From assembly GCA_036820565.1 (NCBI GenBank), contig DAISLG010000001.1:10614-56979 (forward strand): a stretch of 46,366 nucleotides of DNA. The letters are read 5' to 3'. Shown here piece by piece: positions 1 through 8,500 of the stretch. The position numbers were made by a program, and so were the translations under genes. A model generated the notes under the pieces. It did no database searches, had not been told where the DNA came from, and saw only the letters and a program-made list of their open reading frames with translations. How positions within the stretch are numbered: the first letter of the stretch is position 1; each line of letters begins with the position of its first letter. Source of the DNA: Gaiellaceae bacterium (GTDB lineage: Bacteria > Actinomycetota > Thermoleophilia > Gaiellales > Gaiellaceae).

Positions 1-1017
1 TACGGCACCGCGCTCGACGTGATCGAAGAGGACGGGTTCGAGCCGGACGAGCGCGTCTTCATGCTGATCGAGGGCGAGACGCCGGGCACGATGGCGAAGT
101 CGACGGGGCTCGGCCTGCTCGAGCTGCCGACCGCGTTCGAGCGCCTCCAGCCCGACGTCGTGATCACCGTCGGCGACCGCTTCGAGACGATGGCCACGGC
201 GCTCGCCGCGACTTACATGAACATCCCGCTCGCGCACACCATGGGCGGGGAGGTCTCTGGAAACATCGACGAGTCGATCCGCCACGCGGTGACGAAGTTC
301 GCGCACGTTCACTTCCCCGCCTCCAAGGGAGCCGCCGAGCGGATCGTGAGGCTCGGGGAGAACCCGGAGTGCGTGCACATGGTCGGCTGCCCGCGCATGG
401 ATCTCGTCGCCGAAGTGCTCCGCGACGAGCCTAATGGGCTCAGCGACCTGTTCCGGTTCGGCGTGGGCGGCAGCTTCGACCTCGACCAGCCTTTCCTGCT
501 CGTCTCGCAGCACCCGGTCACGACGGAGTACGGCGACGGCGAGCGGCAGATCGACGAGACGCTGCGCGCGGTGCAAGCGGTCGGCCTCCCGGCGGTCGTC
601 CTCTGGCCGAACGCGGATGCCGGCTCGGAGCACATCGCCCGCGGGATTCGCAAGTTCCGCGAGCACGAGGACGACTCGCGCATGCACTTCTTCAAGAACC
701 TGCCGACGAACGACTACATTCGGCTGATGCGGAAGACCGCGTCCCTCGTCGGGAACTCGAGCTCCGCGATCCGAGAGGGCTCGTTCATCGGCACCCCGGC
801 GGTCAACATCGGCTCACGGCAGGAAGGGCGCGACCGCGGCTCGAACGTCGTCGACGTCGACTACGACCGCGGCGAGATCTCAGACGCGATGCAAGCCCAG
901 ATCGCGCATGACCAGTACGAGCACGAACCGATCTACGGCTCCGGCAACGCGGGTGAGCAGATCGCGGACGTGCTCTCTCGCGCGGAGATCTCGATCCACA
1001 AGCGCATGACGTACTAG
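1..1017 (+). CDS. neuC: UDP-N-acetylglucosamine 2-epimerase, NeuC-like (hydrolysing type inferred from context); 5' end cut by window edge
   Basis: The frame is open from base 1, and track ORF 19..1017 starts at an internal GTG. The 2-epimerase core is present: VITVGDRFETMA, AHTMGGEVSGNIDESIRHAVTKFAHVHF, VGCPRMD. The gene abuts a CMP-sugar synthetase gene, which is the usual NeuC-NeuA pairing. Confidence 0.8.
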   Translation, partial: YGTALDVIEEDGFEPDERVFMLIEGETPGTMAKSTGLGLLELPTAFERLQPDVVITVGDRFETMATALAATYMNIPLAHTMGGEVSGNIDESIRHAVTKFAHVHFPASKGAAERIVRLGENPECVHMVGCPRMDLVAEVLRDEPNGLSDLFRFGVGGSFDLDQPFLLVSQHPVTTEYGDGERQIDETLRAVQAVGLPAVVLWPNADAGSEHIARGIRKFREHEDDSRMHFFKNLPTNDYIRLMRKTASLVGNSSSAIREGSFIGTPAVNIGSRQEGRDRGSNVVDVDYDRGEISDAMQAQIAHDQYEHEPIYGSGNAGEQIADVLSRAEISIHKRMTY

Positions 1018-1704
1018 GTGGCTCACCCACCGGTGCACGTCGTCGGGCTGATCCCGGCGCGGGGCGGGTCGAAGGGGATTCCCCGCAAGAACCTCGTCGA
1101 GCTGGTGGGAAAGCCACTCGTCGCGTGGACGATCGGCGCCGCGCGCGCGGCGAGCAGCATTTCTCGCGTGGTCGTGTCGACGGACTCGGACGAGATCTCG
1201 GGCCTCGCCCGAGATCTCGGTGCGGATGTGCTCGAGCGGCCGGCGGAGCTCGCAGAGGACAAGACGCCGATGCTCGAGGTGGTGCGCCATGCGATCCGAG
1301 AGCTCGGGCCGTGCGACGTTCTCGTGCTGCTCCAGCCAACGTCGCCGCTCCGCCGCGCCGAGCACGTCGACGACGCGGTGAGGCTCCTCCTCGAGTCAGC
1401 GGCCGACGCCGTCGTCAGCGTCGTGGAGGTTCCGCACCAGTTCCGCCCCTCTTCGCTGATGGAGCTTCAGGACGGGAAGCTCGTGCCGTGGAGCGACGGG
1501 CCGGCAACGCGCCGGCAGGACAAGCCGGTCGTGTACGCCCGCAACGGCCCGGCTGTGCTCGCGGTTCGTCCCGACCGGCTGGGCGACAGTCTCTACGGCG
1601 GCGACTGTCGTGCGTACGTGATGGACCGGCGCGACTCGGTCGACATCGACGACGAGGTCGATCTGCTGCTGGCCGAGCAGCTCCTGTCCCCGAACGAGGG
1701 CTAG
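1018..1704 (+). CDS. neuA: CMP-nonulosonate (acylneuraminate) cytidylyltransferase
   Basis: GTG 1018 directly follows the TAG of neuC. It has the cytidylyltransferase signature IPARGGSKGIPRKN and LLQPTSPLR. At 228 aa it has the typical length. Confidence 0.85.
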   Translation: MAHPPVHVVGLIPARGGSKGIPRKNLVELVGKPLVAWTIGAARAASSISRVVVSTDSDEISGLARDLGADVLERPAELAEDKTPMLEVVRHAIRELGPCDVLVLLQPTSPLRRAEHVDDAVRLLLESAADAVVSVVEVPHQFRPSSLMELQDGKLVPWSDGPATRRQDKPVVYARNGPAVLAVRPDRLGDSLYGGDCRAYVMDRRDSVDIDDEVDLLLAEQLLSPNEG

Positions 1705-2738
1705 AAGCCGAGATAGAGCAGTGGCGTCGCGAAGACGCCATCCTGCCGCACGAGGTGGCGCGCCCGCGCTCGAACGTAGAGCGTCGTGAAGTCGGGACGC
1801 CGAACGAAGCCGAGCAGGCGCGACGCTCGCTCGAGCTCGTGCTGGTCCCATGGCGTCGGCCAAGGCTGGAACCGGACCGTCCCCGCGCCGCTGCGGCGCG
1901 CGAGCTGCTGCGTCGCGCCCAGGGCGAGCACGGCCGGGACGAGCCCTCCCTCGCGTGGCCGCCATGCGGCGACCCGCAAGGCTTCTCCCGGCGAGCCGGG
2001 TAGCTGGACTAACGCGCGGGACCCGTTGGCGCCCGGGATCTCGAGCACACGGAGGAGCGGGGAGCCGCAGTACCAATCCCACGAGCGGTCGGCAACGATC
2101 GTCCAGCGACCCGCGGGCGGCGGAACGTCGACCAGATCGGAGTCCGCCGGCACCGGAGGGCGCACGGTCGCCGTCGAGGCACGCGGGGTGGCGATCCTCG
2201 CAGCCGTGTGGCCCAGGACGCGCAGCGTCGTCTGCACCGACGCGAGCACGGTTGCCTGCGCGCGCTGCGACTGGAGAGTCGCCGGACTAGCGACGGCGAC
2301 GCGCGCGCGCTCACCGATCTCTACGCGTTCGAACCCGACGAACAGACGACCGACCTCCGGTCGCACGAACGCGTGCAGCAACTCGACGCCGGCATCCTCG
2401 GCGTACGTGAAGAGGCGGTCGAGCAGCTCGACGACGACCGGTCGGTCGGCCCCGCGGCGCCCGCGATACGGGACGTCGACGAACAGCGCCTCGACCTTGC
2501 CGCACCGGAAGTCCTGGTCCGCCCAGCGCGCGGGCATCGGCACGATCGCGCAGTGACCGACGGGCCGCCCGTCGTCGACGGCGAATGCGTGCAGCGCCGG
2601 GCCGACCGGACCCCGGACGAACAGATGCTCGAGGAACTCGAGGTCGCGATACTTCCGGTCCGCACGCCCGTAGAGGTCGCCTACCGACTCGAGCTGAGTC
2701 CTTTCGAGCGGCCCGAGGACAGTGAGGAAGTCGACCAC
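1701..2738 (-). CDS. GNAT-family N-acetyltransferase with unassigned C-terminal half
   Basis: GTG 2738 abuts the TGA of the upstream gene. The N-terminal half is GNAT-like (GHCAIVPMP, VEALFVDVPYRGRRGADRPVVVELLDRL). The last ~170 aa are unassigned. The call rests on motif resemblance only. Confidence 0.55.
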   Translation of the reverse strand: MVDFLTVLGPLERTQLESVGDLYGRADRKYRDLEFLEHLFVRGPVGPALHAFAVDDGRPVGHCAIVPMPARWADQDFRCGKVEALFVDVPYRGRRGADRPVVVELLDRLFTYAEDAGVELLHAFVRPEVGRLFVGFERVEIGERARVAVASPATLQSQRAQATVLASVQTTLRVLGHTAARIATPRASTATVRPPVPADSDLVDVPPPAGRWTIVADRSWDWYCGSPLLRVLEIPGANGSRALVQLPGSPGEALRVAAWRPREGGLVPAVLALGATQQLARRSGAGTVRFQPWPTPWDQHELERASRLLGFVRRPDFTTLYVRARARHLVRQDGVFATPLLYLGF

Positions 2739-4022
2739 TCAGGCTGCTAGCATGCGCGCCTCGCGCTCGCGCCACCAGTCGCCCATCCCGCGCAACGACG
2801 TCACCCATGCCCCCTGTTCCAGGGCGCGGTCGATCGTCCATTCGTACAGCGCGAGCCATTCCGGTTGCACGAACTTGTCGGGATGGAACAGCAGCGTGAC
2901 CGCGCCGCCGACGGCTGCGGTGGTCTCGACGAGCTGCCCGATCACTCCCCGTGCGAGCGCGTCGTCGAGTTCGAGGCCGCCCGCGGCCAGCACAGCAGTG
3001 TCCTCCACGACCAGCGGGACCTCCAGCAGCTGGAGCCGCTCCCGCGCGGGGGCGTTGAAGAGGTGGAAAGGGAGCCCTGTGCCCGCGCGGAAGCCGATGT
3101 TGCGATTGAAGCCGAGGCTCGAGTCGACCTCCAGGCGCGCCTCCTCCTGGAGCAGGGGCGTGGTGCGGATGTCCCAGCGAAGGAAGTGCTGGCGCGTCGT
3201 GGTCAGACGGAGCCCGGTTGCCGTCTCGAGCGTCCGGCGCTGCGCGACAAGCGCCCCCGGCGCGAGTGCCGCGGCATAGCCGCCGTGGAGGCCGACGTCG
3301 AACCCTTCGTCGGCAAGCGCCCGCATAACGTCCGCGACCTGCACCCTCACTCCGCGGAACCGGCACCGATCCGTCGGTGCATAGACGCAGTCGTAGCGAC
3401 TGTGCGGGGCCATCGGCGGCGCTGTGAAGAAGTACGACGCGGTCACGCCGCGAGTCGCCTCGGCGGCCATGCTGCACTCGAGCGTCTCGGCTATGGAGGG
3501 CGCCGTGGCCATCCCCGAGCGGACGGAACGGGCGACGCGGACCGCCGGGCGCGCAATCCGAAGGAACCTTTCTCCAGCCCCCGCGACCCCGGGCGCGAGT
3601 CCGGCCCGAGCGAAGCGCCCGGCCTGCCGAGGCGTGTAGTGGGAACTCAGGAGGTCGACGTCATGTGTCAGGCAGACCGCGAACCGGCCGCCGTTCGGCC
3701 ACAGAGGCTCCAGCGCCACTTTGCCGCTCAGCTCCGCCCGCTGCTCCACGAGCCATCGGTCGATCTCCGGCTCCCACAGGTTTCCCGCGTGGAAGTTCTC
3801 CGAGAAGCTGAAGTCCCAGCAGCCCCAGCGGTCTCGGTCGGAGAGCTCGTATTCCTCGAGGCGCAGCAGGGTCCGCGCGAGGGGCGGTGGCAGATTCGGC
3901 ACCTCGATGCGGGCGTCCGTGATCCCGAGCCAAACCCGCACCGTCTGGGAGAGATATCGCCGGGTTTCGAGCGACTCGAGAACCTCGGACGACGGCACCG
4001 GCCTGGGGACGGCTACGGTCAC
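2739..4022 (-). CDS. polysaccharide deacetylase-like (CE4/NodB-homology) protein
   Basis: 427 aa. FAVCLTHDVDLLSS and GFDVGLHGGY resemble the D-D / H-H metal-site motifs of CE4-type deacetylases. It forms an operon with the GNAT gene. Confidence 0.55.
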   Translation of the reverse strand: MTVAVPRPVPSSEVLESLETRRYLSQTVRVWLGITDARIEVPNLPPPLARTLLRLEEYELSDRDRWGCWDFSFSENFHAGNLWEPEIDRWLVEQRAELSGKVALEPLWPNGGRFAVCLTHDVDLLSSHYTPRQAGRFARAGLAPGVAGAGERFLRIARPAVRVARSVRSGMATAPSIAETLECSMAAEATRGVTASYFFTAPPMAPHSRYDCVYAPTDRCRFRGVRVQVADVMRALADEGFDVGLHGGYAAALAPGALVAQRRTLETATGLRLTTTRQHFLRWDIRTTPLLQEEARLEVDSSLGFNRNIGFRAGTGLPFHLFNAPARERLQLLEVPLVVEDTAVLAAGGLELDDALARGVIGQLVETTAAVGGAVTLLFHPDKFVQPEWLALYEWTIDRALEQGAWVTSLRGMGDWWREREARMLAA

Positions 4023-4091
4023 TGGGCGATCGTACGACAGCTCTCAGACGACCGAGACGCACCAGTCGATAATGGTCGCGTGACCAGCTTC
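4023..4091. promoter_or_regulatory. divergent intergenic spacer (probable promoters)
   Basis: A 69-bp gap lies between the divergent start codons 4022 (-) and 4092 (+). I did not recognise a consensus box. Confidence 0.3.
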
Positions 4092-5063
4092 ATGAAGGAG
4101 ACGGGCCGCGACCGCTACTTCGCAGCGCTCGAGCGCGAGCTGGACGAGCTCGTCGATCCGCAGACCGGGATGCTCTCCGAGCAGTTCTCGCGCGTGATCG
4201 ACTGTCCGCTCTGCGCCTCCGGCGATCACGAGCAGCTGTTCGACAAGCGCGGTTACGCGTTCGTGCGCTGCCGCCAATGCCGGCTCGTGTTCGCCAACCC
4301 GCAGGTGGACGAGGCGCGCGCGATCGACCGCTACGGCAGCTCGACGTCGGCAGAGCTCTGGGCGGAAGTGCTGCTTTCAGAGCGGCAGCTCCAGCTCGAC
4401 CGGCCGAAGTTCGAGGCGATTGCGGACGAGCTCGAGCCCTTTCGAGGGGAGGGCCGCCTTCTCGACGTGGGGTGCTCGATCGGGCTCTTCCTCGACGTGG
4501 CGCGGGAGCGTGGCTTCGACGGCATCGGGATCGAGTTCGGCGAGCGAGCGCTTCGTCACGCGCGCAGGGTGCTCGGCCTCGAGGTGCTGGACGTCCCGCT
4601 GGACGAGGCCGGATTCCACCCCGAGAGCTTCGACGTCGTGACCGTCCTCTCGGTGCTCGAGCACACGAACGACCCGCGCGCGATGCTTCGCGAGGTCGCA
4701 CGGCTGCTGAAGCCCGGCGGCGCGGTGTACGTGATCGTCCCGAACCTCGAGAGCCTCGCCTGCCGCGTCCTCCACGAGCGGGCGGCTACGTTCGACGGCC
4801 GCAACCATCTCATCTACTTCTCACCCGCAACGCTCTCCGACGCCCTCCGCCGCGAGGGCTTCGAGCCGCTGCGCGTCTCGACGCACGTGAGCTCGCTCGA
4901 CCCGGTGCTCGCGTGGCTCGCCTACGAGGATCCCTACGGCGCCGGTGACCTCGACGAGGATCCCCTCGTCGCTGCGGCCCAGGAACGCACGAACGACCTG
5001 GAATCATGGCTCGAGCGGCTGCAGCTCGGCTACAAGCTGCACTGCCTCGCGCGCAAGCTGTAG
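4092..5063 (+). CDS. class I SAM-dependent methyltransferase with N-terminal zinc ribbon
   Basis: ATG 4092 lies inside track ORF 2865..5063, whose upstream part is antisense to the 2739..4022 gene. It has a CPLCASGDHE...CRQCRLVF zinc ribbon, SAM motif I LLDVGCSIGLF, VLSVLEHTNDP and LKPGGAVYV. Confidence 0.85.
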   Translation: MKETGRDRYFAALERELDELVDPQTGMLSEQFSRVIDCPLCASGDHEQLFDKRGYAFVRCRQCRLVFANPQVDEARAIDRYGSSTSAELWAEVLLSERQLQLDRPKFEAIADELEPFRGEGRLLDVGCSIGLFLDVARERGFDGIGIEFGERALRHARRVLGLEVLDVPLDEAGFHPESFDVVTVLSVLEHTNDPRAMLREVARLLKPGGAVYVIVPNLESLACRVLHERAATFDGRNHLIYFSPATLSDALRREGFEPLRVSTHVSSLDPVLAWLAYEDPYGAGDLDEDPLVAAAQERTNDLESWLERLQLGYKLHCLARKL

Positions 5064-5089
5064 CGCCGCGGGCCCGGCGGGCGCGGAAG

Positions 5090-5968
5090 ATGTGCCAGAT
5101 ACAGTGGACGCCCGTGGAAGCCGGCACGAGCGCGCTGCTCGACCGCGGTCAGCCCGTGGTCATCCGACCCCCGAAACGGTGGGTCGGCTTCGGCCTGCGC
5201 GAGCTGTGGCGCTATCACGAGCTGCTCTTCTTCCTCGCCTGGCGCGATCTGAAGGTTCGCTACAAGCAGACGCTGCTCGGCGTCAGTTGGGCGATCGTGC
5301 AGCCGATCATGTACATGGTCGTCTTCACGCTCTTCTTCGGGCGGGTCGCGCACCTGTATACGCCCAAGCTGCCCTACGCGCTCGTGACGCTGAGCGGCGC
5401 CGTTATCTGGCTCTTCTTCGCGAACGCGGTCCAGCTGGCCGCGAACAGCCTGGTCGGGAACGCGTCGCTGATCACGAAGGTCTACTTCCCGCGCCTGCTC
5501 GGAGTGTTCGCGCCCATCATCGCCGGCCTCGTCGACCTCGTCCTTGCGTTCGGCGTCCTGTTGGCGGTCATGGCCGGCTACGGCTACTACCCCGATCCGA
5601 AGCGTGTCTGGGTCGTGCTTCCCCTCGTCCTGCTCGTCGTGGGCGTCGCCGTCGGGGTGGGCGCGTTTCTCGCCGCGGTCAACGTCAAGTACCGAGACGT
5701 CCGCTACGTCGTCCCGTTTGTGTTGCAGCTATGGCTGTTCGCGAGCCCGGTCGCCTACGTGACCGACCTCGTCCAAGGCGGCTGGCGGACCCTGTACTAC
5801 GTCAACCCGATGGCCGGGGCGGTGGACGGATTCCGGTGGGCCCTGCTCGGCGGAGTACCTCCGACCGCCGGCCGCCTGCTCCTGTCCGCCGCTTCGGCGA
5901 CGCTGCTCATGATCTCGGGCGTGGTGTACTTCCGGCGCAAGGAGCGGGAGTTCGCGGACATTGTCTAG
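5090..5968 (+). CDS. wzm: ABC-2 type polysaccharide exporter permease
   Basis: ATG 5090 lies inside track ORF 5006..5968. It has LWRYHELLFFLAWRDLKVRYKQTLLGVSWAIVQP and about six hydrophobic spans. It overlaps the ATPase gene by 8 nt. Confidence 0.85.
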   Translation: MCQIQWTPVEAGTSALLDRGQPVVIRPPKRWVGFGLRELWRYHELLFFLAWRDLKVRYKQTLLGVSWAIVQPIMYMVVFTLFFGRVAHLYTPKLPYALVTLSGAVIWLFFANAVQLAANSLVGNASLITKVYFPRLLGVFAPIIAGLVDLVLAFGVLLAVMAGYGYYPDPKRVWVVLPLVLLVVGVAVGVGAFLAAVNVKYRDVRYVVPFVLQLWLFASPVAYVTDLVQGGWRTLYYVNPMAGAVDGFRWALLGGVPPTAGRLLLSAASATLLMISGVVYFRRKEREFADIV

Positions 5969-7256
5969 CTCCGCCGTAGAAGTCCACGACCTCGCCAAGC
6001 GCTACCGGCTAGGCCAGTCCCAGGTGCTGCACGGCAGTCTCCGGGAGACGCTCTCGGACGCGGCAGCGCGGGCGCTTCACCTCGCGCGCCGCCGCCCGCG
6101 TCCGACGCGCGAGTTCTTCTGGGCGCTCGACCATGTCACGTTCGAGGTCGAGCGAGGCAGCGTGCTCGGAATCATCGGCCGCAACGGAGCCGGCAAGACG
6201 ACGCTCCTGAAGATCCTGTCGGGCATCACCGACCCGACTCGCGGAGAGGCCCGGATCTGGGGGCGCGTCGGCTCGCTGCTCGAGGTCGGCACGGGCTTCC
6301 ACGGCGACCTGACCGGGCGCGAGAACATCTTCCTGAACGGCGCGATCCTGGGGATGCGGCGCCGCGATATCGAGCGCCGCTTCGACGAGATCGTCTCCTT
6401 CGCGGAGGTCGAGCGCTTCATCGACACTCCCGTCAAGCGCTACTCGTCCGGGATGTACCTGCGGCTCGCGTTCGCCGTCGCTGCGCACCTCGAGCCGGAG
6501 ATCCTCATCGTCGACGAAGTGCTCGCCGTCGGTGACTCCGAGTTCCAGCGGAAGTGCCTCGGCAAGATGGGCGAGGTCAGCGGGGAGGGCCGCACCGTCC
6601 TGCTCGTCAGCCACAACATGTCGGCGATCACGTCGCTCGCCTCGAGCTGTCTGTGGCTCGACGGCGGCAAGGTGCGGCGGATCGGGGCTCCCGGTGACGT
6701 GGTCGCCGCGTATCTGAGCGAAGGACACGTCTCGGACGAGCCCGGGTTCGCGGATCTCAGCGACCCGACGCTCCGCCACGGGGTGCAGAAGCAGACGCAC
6801 AAGGACGTCCTGTTCGAGAGCGTGCGGCTCGTCGACTCCGGCGACCGCACGACAGGCGTCTTCTTCGAAGGCGACCCGATGCGGATCGTGCTCGGACTGC
6901 GCTCGCACGTGCCGGCGACCCGGCTCGAGGTGCTGTGCAAGTTCAGCACGCTGGAAGGGACGCTCGTGTTCACTCTCGCGTCGGGAGCGCTCGACGTCGA
7001 CGTCCAGCCGGGTCCGCTCGAGCTCTCCGTGGAGATCCCGAACCTGCCGCTTCGGCGCGGCGGCTATCAGATCGATCTCTACCTGCTCACGAGTCTCCCG
7101 CAGGACGACCTGCGCGGCGCGATCGAGTTCGAGATCGCGGGCCCGCGCGGATCCGTCGAGGATCCCCGCCGCACGCGCGACTATCTCGGCCTCGTGGACG
7201 TCGAGCACGAGTGGACACCCGTTCGCCGGGGATCTCCGAGCCCCGTTCCCCGCTAG
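5961..7256 (+). CDS. wzt: ABC polysaccharide exporter ATPase with extra C-terminal (Wzt_C-like) domain
   Basis: Walker A GRNGAGKTTLL, signature YSSGMYLRLAF, Walker B ILIVDEVLAVGD and LLVSHN are present. About 175 further residues follow (FESVRLVDSGDRTTGVFFEGDPMRIVLGL...), as in Wzt/TagH exporters with a glycan-binding domain. Confidence 0.9.
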   Translation: MSSSAVEVHDLAKRYRLGQSQVLHGSLRETLSDAAARALHLARRRPRPTREFFWALDHVTFEVERGSVLGIIGRNGAGKTTLLKILSGITDPTRGEARIWGRVGSLLEVGTGFHGDLTGRENIFLNGAILGMRRRDIERRFDEIVSFAEVERFIDTPVKRYSSGMYLRLAFAVAAHLEPEILIVDEVLAVGDSEFQRKCLGKMGEVSGEGRTVLLVSHNMSAITSLASSCLWLDGGKVRRIGAPGDVVAAYLSEGHVSDEPGFADLSDPTLRHGVQKQTHKDVLFESVRLVDSGDRTTGVFFEGDPMRIVLGLRSHVPATRLEVLCKFSTLEGTLVFTLASGALDVDVQPGPLELSVEIPNLPLRRGGYQIDLYLLTSLPQDDLRGAIEFEIAGPRGSVEDPRRTRDYLGLVDVEHEWTPVRRGSPSPVPR

Positions 7257-8494
7257 CCGGCTGCCGCGTCGCCTTCGATGCGCGCGACGACCCGCCGGAT
7301 CACCGTTCGCGGCAGGAAGTCACGTTCCCACGTGTGCCGCCCGCCCTCGACGAGCCGCGCGCGCAGACCCTCGTCCTCCAGCGCGTGCGCGACGTGCTCG
7401 GCGATCTCCGCGGCGTTGTCGCCGAGCAGCGCGTTCTCGCCGTGGACGATCTCGGGCATCGCGACCGCCATGTTCCGGTGCGCCACGAGGCAGGAGCCGA
7501 CGGACCACGCGTGCAGGATCCGCGTGTGGCCGACGACGAAGTCGGGGTTCGCGTTGTTCGCGAGCAGGAACACCTTCGCCGACCGCAGCTCGCCGTCGAT
7601 GTCGTCGACGAAGCCGCGGTTGACGACGCGCGGGTGGGCGAGCGACTCGGCGACGGCCGGCGCCATCCCGCCGGCGCCATACAGGTGCACCGAGTAGTCG
7701 GCGCCGAGCCGGCGGTCGAGTTCGGGCAGGATCTCGCGCCCCAAAAAAGAGAGCCCGAACGTGTTGCCCGTTGCGTACTGGCCGCCCATGTTGCCGACGA
7801 TCCTGTTCTCCGTCGGGCGCGGGAGCTCGAGATGCTCGCCGGTTGCCGGCCACATGTTCTGGACGTAGAACGATTCCGGATGCCCCTTCTCCGCGTAGTA
7901 ACTCGCATTCGGCGCGGAGACGCATCCGACCCAGCGCGAGGTCCTGACGAGCTCGACATGCACGTCCTCGAACCGCTCGTACGCACGCCGCCAGAGCAGC
8001 AGCTTCGTGCGATTGCGGACGGTGCGGCGCGGGATCCCGAACAGGTCCGGGTGCTTGAGCCGCGCCGCCATCGAATAGTGGTCGGGGTTCCCCGCGTAGG
8101 CGAACACCGGCGCCTCGACACGCGAGCAGGCGGCGAACGCGGCGCTGCACCAGAGGTGGAAGACGAGGTCCGCGCCCGTCGAGTCGACGCGCCGTGCGAG
8201 CTCGTCGCGGAGCGCATGCGACGGATAGAACAGGCCTGGATCGTTCGAGTAGGCCTGCCGGACGAGCAGCGACGGGGTCGAGCCGACGGCGTCGTGGGGC
8301 GCCGTCAGCGGCGGCAGGAGCTTCACGTCCGTCGCGGGCTCGCCGCCTTCGTGCTCGGGGTGGAGCAGGGGCTGGAAGAGGACTTCGTGCCCGAGGTCGG
8401 CAAGCGCCCGCAGCGCCTCGCGCACGACGACGGTCTGCGCGCGGACGGAGTGCCCCGCGAGGGGTAGCGTCGGCGCGATGAAGAAGAACCGCAA
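7253..8494 (-). CDS. GT-B fold glycosyltransferase (GT1/GT4-like, family unresolved)
   Basis: TTG 8494 lies 6 nt after the upstream stop. The N-terminus is MRFFFIAPTLP. The C-terminal half reads VHLYGAGG...FLLANNANPDFVVGHTRILHAWSVGSCLVAH...GENALL. It is the last gene of the minus-strand sugar operon. Confidence 0.65.
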   Translation of the reverse strand: MRFFFIAPTLPLAGHSVRAQTVVVREALRALADLGHEVLFQPLLHPEHEGGEPATDVKLLPPLTAPHDAVGSTPSLLVRQAYSNDPGLFYPSHALRDELARRVDSTGADLVFHLWCSAAFAACSRVEAPVFAYAGNPDHYSMAARLKHPDLFGIPRRTVRNRTKLLLWRRAYERFEDVHVELVRTSRWVGCVSAPNASYYAEKGHPESFYVQNMWPATGEHLELPRPTENRIVGNMGGQYATGNTFGLSFLGREILPELDRRLGADYSVHLYGAGGMAPAVAESLAHPRVVNRGFVDDIDGELRSAKVFLLANNANPDFVVGHTRILHAWSVGSCLVAHRNMAVAMPEIVHGENALLGDNAAEIAEHVAHALEDEGLRARLVEGGRHTWERDFLPRTVIRRVVARIEGDAAAG

Positions 8495-8500
8495 GCGAAG

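Noticed and set aside
2865-4091. N-terminal 409 codons of track ORF 2865..5063
   Set aside because: This part is antisense to the 2739-4022 deacetylase-like gene. The methyltransferase domain begins right after ATG 4092.
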